Notes: generated by a model not told the origin, from the sequence alone. Positions 40,820-50,521 are shown, numbered from the stretch's first letter. The stretch is 64,000 nt of DNA from Chloroflexota bacterium (GCA_016190695.1 JACPQC010000005.1:1873-65872); one strand, 5' to 3'. Translations and numbers: made by a program.

Positions 40820-41998
40820 ATGCACAGTTTTCATCTCAAGACCTCCTGCAACTCCACCCGCGCCGGCGAATTGCATACCGGACACGGCGTGGTATCAACA
40901 CCCGCGTTCATGCCGGTGGGCAGTCAGGGGACGGTGAAGACGCTCATTCCTGAAGAAGTCGAGGGCATGGGCTTCAGCATGTTGCTGGCCAATACCTATC
41001 ATCTCTATTTGAGGCCGGGCCTGGAGGTGATGAGGCGCATGGGCGGCTTACACCGTTTCATGGCCTGGAAAGGCGCCATCCTCACCGACAGCGGCGGCTA
41101 CCAGGTGTTCAGCCTGGCCCCGCTCTGCCGCATCAGCGAAGAGGGCGTCACCTTCCGCTCCCATATCGACGGCAGCCAGCATTTCCTCACCCCTGAGCTG
41201 GCCATCGAGGCCCAGGAGGTCATCGGCGCTGATGTCATCATGGCGCTGGATGTGTGCTCGGCTTACGGCGACAGCCCGGAGCAGGTGGAGCAGGCGATGG
41301 CCAGGACGCATCGCTGGGCGGATAGGTGCCGCAAGGCCAAAAAGCGCGATGACCAGTTGCTCTTCGCCATCGCCCAGGGCGGCTTTTCCCCGGACCTGCG
41401 GCGGCAATCGGCGACATATCTTGCCGGGCAGGACTTTGACGGCTACGCCATCGGCGGGTTGAGCGTCGGGGAGCCTAAAGAGATGACCCTGGCACTGCTG
41501 GAGGAGACGCTGGCCTTTCTCCCTGCGGGCAAGCCCCGCTACCTGATGGGGGTTGGCTCTCCCGAAGACCTGGTCGAGGGGGTGGCGCGGGGCGTCGACC
41601 TTTTCGACTGCGCCCTGCCCACCCGCGTCGCCCGTAACGGCGCCCTGTTCACCTGGGATGGCCGCCGGAACATCCGTAACGCCGCCTTCCGCCAGATGGA
41701 GCGGCCCGTCGCGCCCGGCTGCAACTGCTATGTCTGCCGCACCTACTCAGCGGCATATCTGCACCACCTGTTCAAGTGCGAGGAACTGCTCGCCTACCGT
41801 CTGGCCACCATCCATAACCTGACCTTCATCAGCGACCTGATGGCCAGGATGAGAAGCGCCATCCTTGATAACAGCTTCGAGGACTTCAGAAAGGACTTCC
41901 TGGACCGCTACCAGCCCACCAATGAGCAGACGCGCTTCGAGCAGAAACAGAGGTGGCTGAAAAGAGCAAAGTCGAAACCAGTGGTCAGGCCGCAGTGA
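40820..41998 (+). CDS. tgt: Queuine tRNA-ribosyltransferase
   Basis: TPAFMPVG, LANTYHL, TDSGGYQV, GGLSVGE, PRYLMGVG, DCALPTR, CNCYVC...HNL. Confidence 0.97.
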   Translation: MHSFHLKTSCNSTRAGELHTGHGVVSTPAFMPVGSQGTVKTLIPEEVEGMGFSMLLANTYHLYLRPGLEVMRRMGGLHRFMAWKGAILTDSGGYQVFSLAPLCRISEEGVTFRSHIDGSQHFLTPELAIEAQEVIGADVIMALDVCSAYGDSPEQVEQAMARTHRWADRCRKAKKRDDQLLFAIAQGGFSPDLRRQSATYLAGQDFDGYAIGGLSVGEPKEMTLALLEETLAFLPAGKPRYLMGVGSPEDLVEGVARGVDLFDCALPTRVARNGALFTWDGRRNIRNAAFRQMERPVAPGCNCYVCRTYSAAYLHHLFKCEELLAYRLATIHNLTFISDLMARMRSAILDNSFEDFRKDFLDRYQPTNEQTRFEQKQRWLKRAKSKPVVRPQ

Positions 41999-42037
41999 AC
42001 TTTCTTTATATAGCGAAGCATCCATCATTCATCTATC

Positions 42038-42068
42038 ATTGACACAGTGGTGTCAATATCTTAAGATT
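42038..42068 (+). promoter_or_regulatory. Promoter with palindromic operator
   Basis: TTGACA(42039)-17-TAAGAT; perfect inverted repeat ATTGACAC-N4-GTGTCAAT at 42038-42057. Confidence 0.6.
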
Positions 42069-42096
42069 AGAGGCATCAAATCCGGAAAGGACGCGA

Positions 42097-42549
42097 GTGA
42101 AAAGGCCATTCTTAATCACACTGGCTTGTACTCTACTTATTATATCAAGTGGGATCGGTATCGTAATGGCAATCATTCTCGTTGGGGGAAGCATTTTAGC
42201 AAGCGAAATATTTCCCCAAATTCAGAGCGAACTCAAGCAAGAATTGGGTGCCTTTGAGGCTTACGGAATGATTTTTGGAATCATGGCAATTGGAATGTTG
42301 TTTTTCGTCGTGAGCATCCTTGAGCTGGTTATATCGCTCGGGTTGTCGCGGTTAAAGAAGTGGGCTGCCTACCTGGCCATCGGCTTATCATGCCTTGGTA
42401 TCGTATTTGCGTTGAGCACCTGGAATGCCTCTTCGAGGGAATGGTCGATCGCCGCTTTGCTATACAACGGCTTAATGATTGTACTCATTGGGTCAAGTTG
42501 GCCCAGATTTGGGCCGGCCAAACGCGAAAGCCTACCGGCCGCTGAGTGA
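42097..42549 (+). CDS. Four-TM hypothetical membrane protein
   Basis: KRP start, four hydrophobic helices, GLSRLKKWA; AT-richer than neighbours. Confidence 0.7.
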   Translation: MKRPFLITLACTLLIISSGIGIVMAIILVGGSILASEIFPQIQSELKQELGAFEAYGMIFGIMAIGMLFFVVSILELVISLGLSRLKKWAAYLAIGLSCLGIVFALSTWNASSREWSIAALLYNGLMIVLIGSSWPRFGPAKRESLPAAE

Positions 42550-42632
42550 TCTTTCAGCGATGTATTCACATTTGACCTTTTGCTCTTAACCCGCGCTCTC
42601 TCCACATCAGCATTTAGGACGATTCATCCCTC

Positions 42633-42677
42633 TTGACACTGTGTCTGGCGCGTAATATAATAAGAATAGTTATTATT
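42633..42677 (+). promoter_or_regulatory. Consensus promoter with overlapping Fur/PerR box
   Basis: TTGACA(42633)-17-TATAAT(42656); AATAAGAATAGTTATTATT at 42659-42677 resembles GATAATGATAATCATTATC. Confidence 0.72.
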
Positions 42678-42698
42678 ACTATAAAGGAGGGCGCACAA

Positions 42699-43118
42699 AT
42701 GGCAGACCTCATCAACGAGAACAAGATCGGGGAGGCGAAGGGTACCGCCGTTGAAGAGATGGTAGAGAGTAATTTCCGGGGCGAGACCGCGGAGGTGGGG
42801 CTTTACCTGGCCATGGCCTGGCAGGCCCAGCGCGAGGGCTTGCCTGAAGTGGCCGAGGCACTGAAGACCATCGGCTGGGAAGAAGCCCAGCACGCCGCCC
42901 GCTACGCCATTCTCAATGCCAAGATATCCGCCAGCACCAGGGAAAACCTGGAGAAGATGCTCGCCGGTGAGCAGGCCGCCAACAAAGGCAAGAGAGAGGC
43001 CGCCATCAAGGCCAGGGACGCTGCTGGCGATGAGACCCACGAGGTCTTCGACGAGTCCAGCCGGGACGAGGCCCGCCACGCCAGGATCCTGGAGGGTCTG
43101 CTGAAGCGCTATTTCTGA
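42699..43118 (+). CDS. Rubrerythrin/ferritin-like di-iron protein
   Basis: [32 protein letters not shown]; SD AAGGAGG. Confidence 0.88.
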   Translation: MADLINENKIGEAKGTAVEEMVESNFRGETAEVGLYLAMAWQAQREGLPEVAEALKTIGWEEAQHAARYAILNAKISASTRENLEKMLAGEQAANKGKREAAIKARDAAGDETHEVFDESSRDEARHARILEGLLKRYF

Positions 43119-43123
43119 GGGAC

Positions 43124-43513
43124 ATGAGAAGGAGCAAGGCGCGAGAAACAATAATCGAAGAGCTGCAGAAAGTCAAGACCCACCCGCGGGTGGACGAGCT
43201 TTTTCACCTGGTGCGGCGGCGCATGCCACGCATCAGCCTGGGGACGGTGTACCGGAACCTGGACCGGCTGCGCCATGAGGGAGCGGTAGCCGAGATATTC
43301 TGCGGTGACTTCAACCGCTATGACGGCGACACCTCACGACACCACCACTTCCTCTGCCGCCGCTGCCAGCGCGTCTGGGACCTGGACGGGCAGGTGGCCC
43401 TGAAAGTGGAACTGACCACCCAGCCAGGCGATTTCAGGATAGACGGCGAGCAGGTGCTGCTGTACGGGCTGTGCCGGGAGTGCCTGGAGGGGGAAGGACT
43501 GTCTCATCTTTAA
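43124..43513 (+). CDS. Fur-family repressor (PerR-like)
   Basis: HPRVDE, SLGTVYRNL, HHHFLCRRC, GLCREC. Confidence 0.9.
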   Translation: MRRSKARETIIEELQKVKTHPRVDELFHLVRRRMPRISLGTVYRNLDRLRHEGAVAEIFCGDFNRYDGDTSRHHHFLCRRCQRVWDLDGQVALKVELTTQPGDFRIDGEQVLLYGLCRECLEGEGLSHL

Positions 43514-43675
43514 GGCACAAGACACAAAATGCTTTAGCCGCAAGATTATTCCAGGAGTTACCATTGGGCTGATTCGCTGCAGGAGTCTTTTTGTCCCACG
43601 CGGGGTTTCACTGACCAGTAGCGGGCTGAAAACCGACCTTTGTGCTATAATGTGCCGGAACAAAGGAAACCGGAC

Positions 43676-43887
43676 ATGTTAGTAAAAGTAGAAGCTTATT
43701 TTGACGGCGAGTACTGGTGTGCCCGCGGCATTGGGGAGGACATCTTTACCCAGGCAAGACTCTGGATGAGTTGCATGAGAACATAAAGGAAGCGGTATCG
43801 GCCCGTTTCGGTGAGATGGATGAGCCTGTGACTATCCTGACCCTGTCCGAAGTAAAATTGGCCGGTGCCAAAACTCCCTCAGGTTAA
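43676..43887 (+). pseudogene. hicB: HicB-like antitoxin pseudogene (1-nt frameshift)
   Basis: MLVKVEAYFDGEYWCARGIGEDIFTQ, then a frameshift near 43754; restoring one base gives GKTLDELHENIKEAV...PSG*. Confidence 0.75.
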
Positions 43888-44151
43888 CATTCGCAAAGCT
43901 CCAGGTTGTTCCCGCAAATATCATGGTCAGAGGAAATGATCTCGTTAAACTCCTTTGGTCGTTGGGGTACGAAGTAGTCAGGCAGCGTGGCAGCCATATC
44001 CGTCTGAAGAAGAATGACTGCCATGGGCGAGCATGCCATCACCGTTCCGACTCACAAAGTGATTGTCAGGGGCACTCTTAATGACATTATCGGCAAAGTG
44101 AGCCTCTGGAACAGCATGCCCCGAGAGGAACTGAAAAGGCGCCTGCGATAA
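43865..44151 (+). pseudogene. hicA: HicA toxin pseudogene (43-nt insertion plus frameshift)
   Basis: MPKLPQV / RGNDLVKLL...GYEVVRQRGSHIRL / HAITVPTH...RGTLNDI split across reading frames. Confidence 0.78.
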
Positions 44152-44233
44152 GACCTCAACCCACCTTCCTTAAATATACGCCGCCATTACTTTTCTAATC
44201 CTTTTGCTGCAGAACGGTGAACTTCAACCCCCC

Positions 44234-44267
44234 TTGACAGCACCGATATATTCCCTGTAATATAGCG
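44234..44267 (+). promoter_or_regulatory. modE promoter with ModE box
   Basis: TTGACA(44234)...TAATAT(44258); CGATATAT-N8-ATATAGCG at 44244-44267 fits the ModE palindrome. Confidence 0.75.
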
Positions 44268-44270
44268 CAT

Positions 44271-44669
44271 ATGGCTGTAGAGGGGCAACCGCGCCAAACA
44301 CCGGCCTACCGGCCTCCACACAAGCCTCGCCTGTCGCGCCGTCCCGCGCCTGATTACTCTGCCAGGGGCCGGGTCTGGATCGAGAAGTGCGGCGAGCTTT
44401 ACCTGGGCCGGGGAAGGAGCATGCTGCTGGAGCGCATTGACCAGACAGGCTCCATTGCCGCCGCCGCCCGCTCCATGCGCCTGGCCTACCGCAATGCCTG
44501 GCTCTGGGTAGAGGCCATGAACCGCCTGGCCCCGGCCCCGCTGGTAGAGAAGAGCGCCGGCGGCTCTGGTGGCGGACGCGCCCGGCTGACCGATGAAGGC
44601 CGGAAGGCCCTGAAAGAGTATGAAGAGCTTTACACCCGGTTCCAGGCGTTCCTGGAACAGCTCCGATGA
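44271..44669 (+). CDS. modE: ModE-family regulator (HTH only)
   Basis: LGRGRSMLLERIDQTGSIAAAARSMRLAYRNAW, GGSGGGRARLT. Confidence 0.88.
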   Translation: MAVEGQPRQTPAYRPPHKPRLSRRPAPDYSARGRVWIEKCGELYLGRGRSMLLERIDQTGSIAAAARSMRLAYRNAWLWVEAMNRLAPAPLVEKSAGGSGGGRARLTDEGRKALKEYEELYTRFQAFLEQLR

Positions 44670-45541
44670 TGCCCCGTCTTCTGATAATGGGAAGTGCCAT
44701 GAAAGGCCCAGCTCTCCTGCTGTGTATCGTGCTGGCCGCTGCGCTGGTCTTCGCCGGCTGCGCCACGGAGAGGTCTGTCACCGTCTTCGCCGGCTCGGTG
44801 AGCAAACCGGCGCTGGAAGAGGCTGCCAGCGTCTTTGAACGGGAGACCGGGGTAAAGGTCTATCTTAATTTCGGCGGCTCAGGCGCGCTGCTGTCCCAGA
44901 TGAAATTATCGCGCCGGGGAGACCTGTACCTGCCCGCCTCTCCTGACTACATGGCGATGGCCATAGCCGGCGGCCTGGTTGATGCCGGCTCTGAAAAAAG
45001 GGTGGCCTACCTGGTCCCGGCCATACTGGTGCCTGCCGGCAATCCTGCCGGAGTGAGGTCGCTGGCCGACCTGTCCCGCCCCGGGGTGAGGGTGGCCATC
45101 GCCGACCCGCAGTCGGTGAGCGTTGGCCTGTACGCATATGAAATACTGGAACACGCCGGACTCATTTCGGAAATTAGCAGGAATATGGTCACTTACGGCG
45201 AAAGCTATGCCAAGACGGTCAGCCTGGTGTCCCTGGGGACGGTGGACGCCATCATCGGCTGGCGCGAGTTCGCACAGTGGAACAAAAACGTTGAGATGGT
45301 GCCCCTCATGCCAGAAGAAATGCCCCGGCTGAGCTACATCTCCGGGGCCATCGCCAGCTTCGCCATGGACAGCGAGAGCGCCCGCAGTTTCCTGGACTTC
45401 CTCGCCTCGGCGCGCGGCCAGGAGATTTTCGGCAGATGGGGATACCTCATCACTGAGGCGGAAGCCAGTAAGATAAGCCCGGGGGCGAGCATTGGCGGCG
45501 AATACCGTCTGCCGCCGGACTACCGTCCCCTGGTGAGGTAA
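44666..45541 (+). CDS. modA: Molybdate/tungstate ABC substrate-binding lipoprotein
   Basis: Lipobox FAGC, VFAGS, FGGSGALL, GNP; start may be 44699. Confidence 0.88.
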   Translation: MMPRLLIMGSAMKGPALLLCIVLAAALVFAGCATERSVTVFAGSVSKPALEEAASVFERETGVKVYLNFGGSGALLSQMKLSRRGDLYLPASPDYMAMAIAGGLVDAGSEKRVAYLVPAILVPAGNPAGVRSLADLSRPGVRVAIADPQSVSVGLYAYEILEHAGLISEISRNMVTYGESYAKTVSLVSLGTVDAIIGWREFAQWNKNVEMVPLMPEEMPRLSYISGAIASFAMDSESARSFLDFLASARGQEIFGRWGYLITEAEASKISPGASIGGEYRLPPDYRPLVR

Positions 45542-45546
45542 GGACT

Positions 45547-46356
45547 ATGCGCACACTGTTAAAAGCTATCGCCGGGGAACGGGCATTCAAGGCCGCCACC
45601 GCGGGCGCACTGGCGCTTCTCAGCCTGTTCTTCCTGGGCATAATCCTTTCCATACTGTCCTATACCAACTGGGACGCCTTCATCGAAGCGCTGCTGTCGC
45701 CGGAGATACTTTTCGCCGTCCGGCTCAGTTTCGTCACCGCTACCATCGCCACTGCCCTTTCGCTGCTCGTCGCCGTCCCGGTGGCCTACACCATATCCCA
45801 GCACTCTTTCAAAGGCAAAGACCTCGTGGACAGCCTGCTCGACCTGCCCATAGTGGTCTCACCGGTGGCCCTGGGCGCGGCGCTGCTGGTCTTCTTCAAC
45901 ACCCCGCTCGGCTCGGCCATCGAGGGCAGACCGCTAAGCTTTGTCTTCGCCGTGCCCGGCATTGTGCTGGCCCAGTTCACCATCATCAGCGCCCTGGCGG
46001 TGAGGCTGCTCAAGTCCACCTTTGACAACATAGACACCAGGTACGAACAGGTGGGGCGCACCCTGGGATACAGCAAAGCGGAGGTCTTTTTCAAGGTCAC
46101 CATACCCCTGGCCCGGAACGGGCTTATCGCCTCAGCCATACTAACCTGGGCCAGGGCTATTGGTGAGTTCGGCGCCACTGTCACCCTGGCCGGCGCCACT
46201 CCCCTGAAGACGGAGACGCTCCCCGCGGCCATCGCCCTCAGTCTGTCCACCGCCAATATAGAGAAGGCCATCGCCGTGGTGCTGATACTGATAATCATCG
46301 CCATCGCCGCCCTCATGACCATCAGGAAGGCGGTGGGCCGGAGGACACCCATATGA
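45547..46356 (+). CDS. modB: Molybdate/tungstate ABC permease
   Basis: DLPIVVSPVALG, WARAIGEFGAT, TETLP. Confidence 0.9.
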   Translation: MRTLLKAIAGERAFKAATAGALALLSLFFLGIILSILSYTNWDAFIEALLSPEILFAVRLSFVTATIATALSLLVAVPVAYTISQHSFKGKDLVDSLLDLPIVVSPVALGAALLVFFNTPLGSAIEGRPLSFVFAVPGIVLAQFTIISALAVRLLKSTFDNIDTRYEQVGRTLGYSKAEVFFKVTIPLARNGLIASAILTWARAIGEFGATVTLAGATPLKTETLPAAIALSLSTANIEKAIAVVLILIIIAIAALMTIRKAVGRRTPI

Positions 46357-47426
46357 TCGAGATAAAAGGGCTTTCCATACAACTCGGCGATTTCTCTCTG
46401 TCCGACATCAACCTGGAGGTACAGGACCGGGAATATTTCGTCATCCTGGGGCCTACCGGGGCGGGCAAGACGGTGCTGATCGAATGCATCGCCGGCCTGC
46501 GCCATATCCAGAAAGGTGAAGTCTGGCTCGGCGGCGTTAACGTGACCCGCCTCCCACCTGAAGAGCGGGGCATCGGCTACGTTCCCCAGGACTACGTCCT
46601 CTTCCCCTTCCTGAACGTGGCCCAGAACATCGCCTTCGGGCTGAGGCGGGGCAAGCGCCCCAGGCAGGAAATAGCAGACCGGGTAGACCAGCTCTCCCGC
46701 TTGCTGGGCATATCCTCCCTGCTGGAGCGCAGCCCCAGGTCGCTGAGCGGGGGCGAAAAGCAGCGGGTGGCACTGGCACGGGCGCTGGCGCCATCCCCCC
46801 GGCTGTTGCTCCTGGACGAGCCGTTGAGCAGCCTCGACCAGCAGACGTCCAAGCGGCTCAGGCTGGAACTGCGCCGCATCCACCAGGACACCGGCATCGC
46901 CACCGTCCATATCACCCACAACCAGGCCGAGGCCGAGGAGCTGGCCGGCAGGATAGCCGTCATCAACAGGGGACGCATTGAGCAGGTGGGCAGCCCCGCC
47001 GATGTTTTCTTCTATCCGGGCAACCAGGCCGTCTCCGACTTCATCGGCGCGCCCAATATCCTGGAGTGTCACTGCTGTGAAAAGCTGGGCAAGGGGCTGG
47101 TGGAGGTCAAATGCGGAGACCTTTCCATCGTCCTTCCCCACGACGGCCGTCCGGTAAGACGGATCGCCCTGTCGCCGCGTGACGTTTATGTGTCAGACGT
47201 TGAACCGCCCGGCCCGCACGACGTGAACCGGTTCAAAGGCATCGTCACCGGCATCAGGCTCTTCGGGGCTTCAGTCAGGGTCGAGGTCAGCGCCGGAAGC
47301 GAACGCCTGCTGGCGGAAATGCCCTATGACGTGTACGAAGATATGGACCTGGATATCGGCAAGGAGGTCTACCTGATCCTGAAACTGAGAAGGATAAGAG
47401 TCCACGAAGACAAGGCGGCGAGGTAA
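46353..47426 (+). CDS. modC: Molybdate/tungstate ABC ATPase with TOBE domain
   Basis: GPTGAGKT, LSGGEKQR, LLLDEP, HITH. Confidence 0.88.
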   Translation: MIEIKGLSIQLGDFSLSDINLEVQDREYFVILGPTGAGKTVLIECIAGLRHIQKGEVWLGGVNVTRLPPEERGIGYVPQDYVLFPFLNVAQNIAFGLRRGKRPRQEIADRVDQLSRLLGISSLLERSPRSLSGGEKQRVALARALAPSPRLLLLDEPLSSLDQQTSKRLRLELRRIHQDTGIATVHITHNQAEAEELAGRIAVINRGRIEQVGSPADVFFYPGNQAVSDFIGAPNILECHCCEKLGKGLVEVKCGDLSIVLPHDGRPVRRIALSPRDVYVSDVEPPGPHDVNRFKGIVTGIRLFGASVRVEVSAGSERLLAEMPYDVYEDMDLDIGKEVYLILKLRRIRVHEDKAAR

Positions 47427-47435
47427 AGGCGACAA

Positions 47436-48398
47436 ATGTTCAAGACCTGGCTCACTGAGACCCTGGGCATCAAATACCCCATCATCCAGGGGGCGATGCT
47501 CTGGCTTTCCCGCGCCGAACTGGCTGCTGCCGTCTCCAATGCCGGCGGGCTGGGCATCATCGCCGCCGCCAGCTTCCACACCGCCGCAGAGTTCCGCGAG
47601 GAGATAAGAAGGGCCAAGGCCCTGACCGGCCGCCCCTTCGCAGTCAACTTCACCCTGATGCCCACCCGCCGCCGGATAAGTTGGGAGGAGTACATCGCCG
47701 CCGCCCTGGAGGAAGGCGTCAAGGTAATCGAGACCTCCGGACGCAGCCCGGAACCTTATATCGGCTGGCTGAAGGAGGCGGGCGTCACCGTGATGCACAA
47801 GGTGGCCCGGGTACGGGACGCCCGCACCGCCGAGAGGCTCGGTGTTGATGCGGTGACCATAACCGGCTTTGAAGCCGGCGGCCATCCCGGCATGGAGGAC
47901 GTCACCTCGTTGGCGCTGATACCCCGCGCGGTAGACTCGGTCAGGATTCCGGTCATCGCCGCCGGCGGCTTCGCTGATGGCCGGGGACTGGCAGCGGCGC
48001 TGGCACTCGGCGCCCAGGGCGTGCTCATGGGCACCCGGTTCATGGCCAGCCAGGAGTGCCCCCTGCACCCTGCGATAAAAGAGCTAATGCTCCGGAGTAG
48101 CGAGACAGACACCGTTCTGGTCGAGCGCTCCATCAAGAACGCGGCCCGTGTGCTGAAGACCGGTTTCGCGCTGCGGGTGCTGGAGATGGAGCAGAACGGC
48201 GCCACGCTGGACGAGCTATTCCCGCTGATAAGCGGTGCCAGGATAAAGCGGGCCTATGAGAGCGGCGCAGTCGATGACGCCGTGCTCTACTGCGGCCAGG
48301 CGGTGGGCCAGATAACCGATATCCCCACGGTGAAAGAGATAATAGACCGCACCGTGCACGAGGCCGGGGAAGCGGCCAGGCGGTTGTGCCGCCCTTAG
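47436..48398 (+). CDS. Nitronate monooxygenase/FabK-family flavoprotein
   Basis: YPIIQGAM, AVSNAGGLG, GFEAGGH, IAAGG, MGTRF, GQAVG. Confidence 0.88.
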   Translation: MFKTWLTETLGIKYPIIQGAMLWLSRAELAAAVSNAGGLGIIAAASFHTAAEFREEIRRAKALTGRPFAVNFTLMPTRRRISWEEYIAAALEEGVKVIETSGRSPEPYIGWLKEAGVTVMHKVARVRDARTAERLGVDAVTITGFEAGGHPGMEDVTSLALIPRAVDSVRIPVIAAGGFADGRGLAAALALGAQGVLMGTRFMASQECPLHPAIKELMLRSSETDTVLVERSIKNAARVLKTGFALRVLEMEQNGATLDELFPLISGARIKRAYESGAVDDAVLYCGQAVGQITDIPTVKEIIDRTVHEAGEAARRLCRP

Positions 48399-48555
48399 CA
48401 GGATGCTGAAAAAGACTTCGAAGAGTTTCCCCCTTTGCAAAAGGGGGTTCTCCCTGAAGGGACGGAAGGGGGATTTCACAATCTCAAAATCCCTCTCTAT
48501 CTCCCTTTACGAAAGGGAGACGAGACATCCTTCACAGTTTTTCATCACCCTGTTA
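48396..48555 (+). mobile_element. MITE-like element with 18-bp TIRs carrying CCCCCTTT/AAAGGGGG palindromes
   Basis: Left TAGCAGGATGCTGAAAAA vs reverse complement of right TAACAGGGTGATGAAAAA (15/18), TA at both ends; second copy at 27847. Confidence 0.7.
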
Positions 48556-48637
48556 GGATGGCACACTTTATATTTGACCCCGGAACCGGCATGGTGTAAT
48601 CTGTCTAAGAACCACCGATGTCAATGAGGTACCCCCC

Positions 48638-49537
48638 TTGAGTTGGGTTGACATAGCCATCCTGGGCACCGCCGTCCTGTCAATGGTCAACGTCCTGGAG
48701 AGCCACATCCTCTACCGGCGGGTGCCCCGCCTGCCCGTCTACCTGCTTGCGGCAGCTCCCTTTCACACTGGCTGGGGACTGCTGCTGCTCTACCTGTTCC
48801 CCTTTCCCGACGGCGGCAGCGCCGGGCTGTGGCTGGCCGGAATTGCCGGGGGCGCGCTCCGCGCCGGAAGCGTCACCTTCATGCTGTATGCCATGAGGCG
48901 CGAGGACGTCTCCCAGGTGGTACCGGTGGTCTTCACCTATCCCGTCTTCGTAGCCATCATGGCCATGCCGCTCCTGGGCGAGACGCTGTCTTACCTGCAA
49001 TGGCTGGCCATAATCGTGGTGGTGGCCGGGGCGATGCTGGTATCGGTCAAGAGAAACGCCGCCGGATCGGCATCCCTGCTGGGCAAGGCGATGTTCATCC
49101 TGCTGGGCGCCAGCCTGATGCTCGCCCTGGCCGATATCATCAGCAAATACGCGCTTTCACATTTCACCGGCTGGAACATGTTCTCCTTCACCGCCTTCTC
49201 CTTCGCCGCCATCTTCCTGTCACTCGCGCTGCGCCGGACGGTAGCAAAGGAAATTTTCGGGCTGAGGGGCAGGGCGGTGACGGCCATCGTGTCGGCCCAG
49301 GTGCTGGCGCCGGCAGGGATAACGCTCTCGCTCCTGGCAATGGAGATGGGGCCGATATCGCTGGTGTCCACCATTCTGGGCAGCCGGCCCCTTTTCGTGG
49401 CCCTCTACGGCCTGGCGATGAGCTACTTCTGGCCGAAATTTATGATGAGGTCGGCCAGCAGCGGGCTGGTGGCGCTGCGGTTTGTGGCCACCGGGCTGGT
49501 GGTGGGCGGCATCAGCCTTATCTATTTGTTGTCCTGA
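48638..49537 (+). CDS. EamA/DMT transporter, paralog 1
   Basis: About 10 TM; EDVSQVVPVVFTYPVFV, LGETLSYLQW, GPISLVSTI; TTG start. Confidence 0.88.
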   Translation: MSWVDIAILGTAVLSMVNVLESHILYRRVPRLPVYLLAAAPFHTGWGLLLLYLFPFPDGGSAGLWLAGIAGGALRAGSVTFMLYAMRREDVSQVVPVVFTYPVFVAIMAMPLLGETLSYLQWLAIIVVVAGAMLVSVKRNAAGSASLLGKAMFILLGASLMLALADIISKYALSHFTGWNMFSFTAFSFAAIFLSLALRRTVAKEIFGLRGRAVTAIVSAQVLAPAGITLSLLAMEMGPISLVSTILGSRPLFVALYGLAMSYFWPKFMMRSASSGLVALRFVATGLVVGGISLIYLLS

Positions 49538-49568
49538 TTTTACGATCAATCTTCGAAGAGGCCGAGCT

Positions 49569-50462
49569 TTGAGCTGGATAAACATAGCCATAATGAGCGC
49601 CCTGGTCCTGGCGACAGCCAACACCCTTGACAGCCATATCATGGGCAAGCGGCTGCGCGACCTGCGGCTCTATGTCGTATTGCCCGCCGGCTTGCACCTG
49701 GTATACGGCCTGCTCTTGTTGTACTTCTTCCCGCTGCCGTCAGGGGCCGGCTGGATGCTACTGGCGCCCATAGCTGCCGGACTGATCCGCGCCATAGGGG
49801 TGGCCTCCATGATGAGCACCATGATGCGCGAGGAGATATCCCGGATTATACCGATAGTATTCACTTACCCCGTCTTCGTGGCCATCATGGCAGTACCCCT
49901 CCTTGGGGAAAGACTGTCCGCCCTGCAATGGCTGGCTATCATCATTGTGGCATCAGGGGCAGTGCTGGTCTCGGCCCGGAAAAGTCCTTCCGGCTCCACC
50001 GCATGGCTGGGCAAAGTGTTCCTGGCGCTGCTGCTGGTAAGCCTGCTCTTTGCCACCGCCGACGTGACCAGCAAATATGCCCTGGCCATCTTCTCCCCGC
50101 TGAACCTGATCGCCTTTAACGAGTTGCTTTTCGCCGGCACCTTCTGGGCGATATCGCTGCGGCCGGACACCATCAGGAAATTGGGGACGATGCAGCGGCG
50201 CCGGTCAACCATACCGCTCATCATGCTCACCCACACCCTGGCGCCAACGGGCATCCTGCTGCTGCTCTGGGCGATGAGCCTGGGGCCGGTCTCGCTGGTC
50301 TCCACCATCTCCGGCAGCAGGCCCATTTTCGTGGCCTTGCTTGCCCTGTTGCTGAGCCGTTTGGCCCCCGGTTTTCTCATGTGGTCGCCCAGGATGGCGG
50401 CGCTGCGGGTGGCGGCTACAGTTATGATAGTGGCCGGGATAAGCATTATTTACCTGACCTGA
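49569..50462 (+). CDS. EamA/DMT transporter, paralog 2
   Basis: TTG-SW start aligned to paralogs; EEISRIIPIVFTYPVFV, GPVSLVSTI. Confidence 0.88.
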   Translation: MSWINIAIMSALVLATANTLDSHIMGKRLRDLRLYVVLPAGLHLVYGLLLLYFFPLPSGAGWMLLAPIAAGLIRAIGVASMMSTMMREEISRIIPIVFTYPVFVAIMAVPLLGERLSALQWLAIIIVASGAVLVSARKSPSGSTAWLGKVFLALLLVSLLFATADVTSKYALAIFSPLNLIAFNELLFAGTFWAISLRPDTIRKLGTMQRRRSTIPLIMLTHTLAPTGILLLLWAMSLGPVSLVSTISGSRPIFVALLALLLSRLAPGFLMWSPRMAALRVAATVMIVAGISIIYLT

Positions 50463-50521
50463 AGATTGGTTTTACGCAGATGAGGACTCTCTAAATTCTC
50501 ACGAAAATAGATGTCTTAAAT

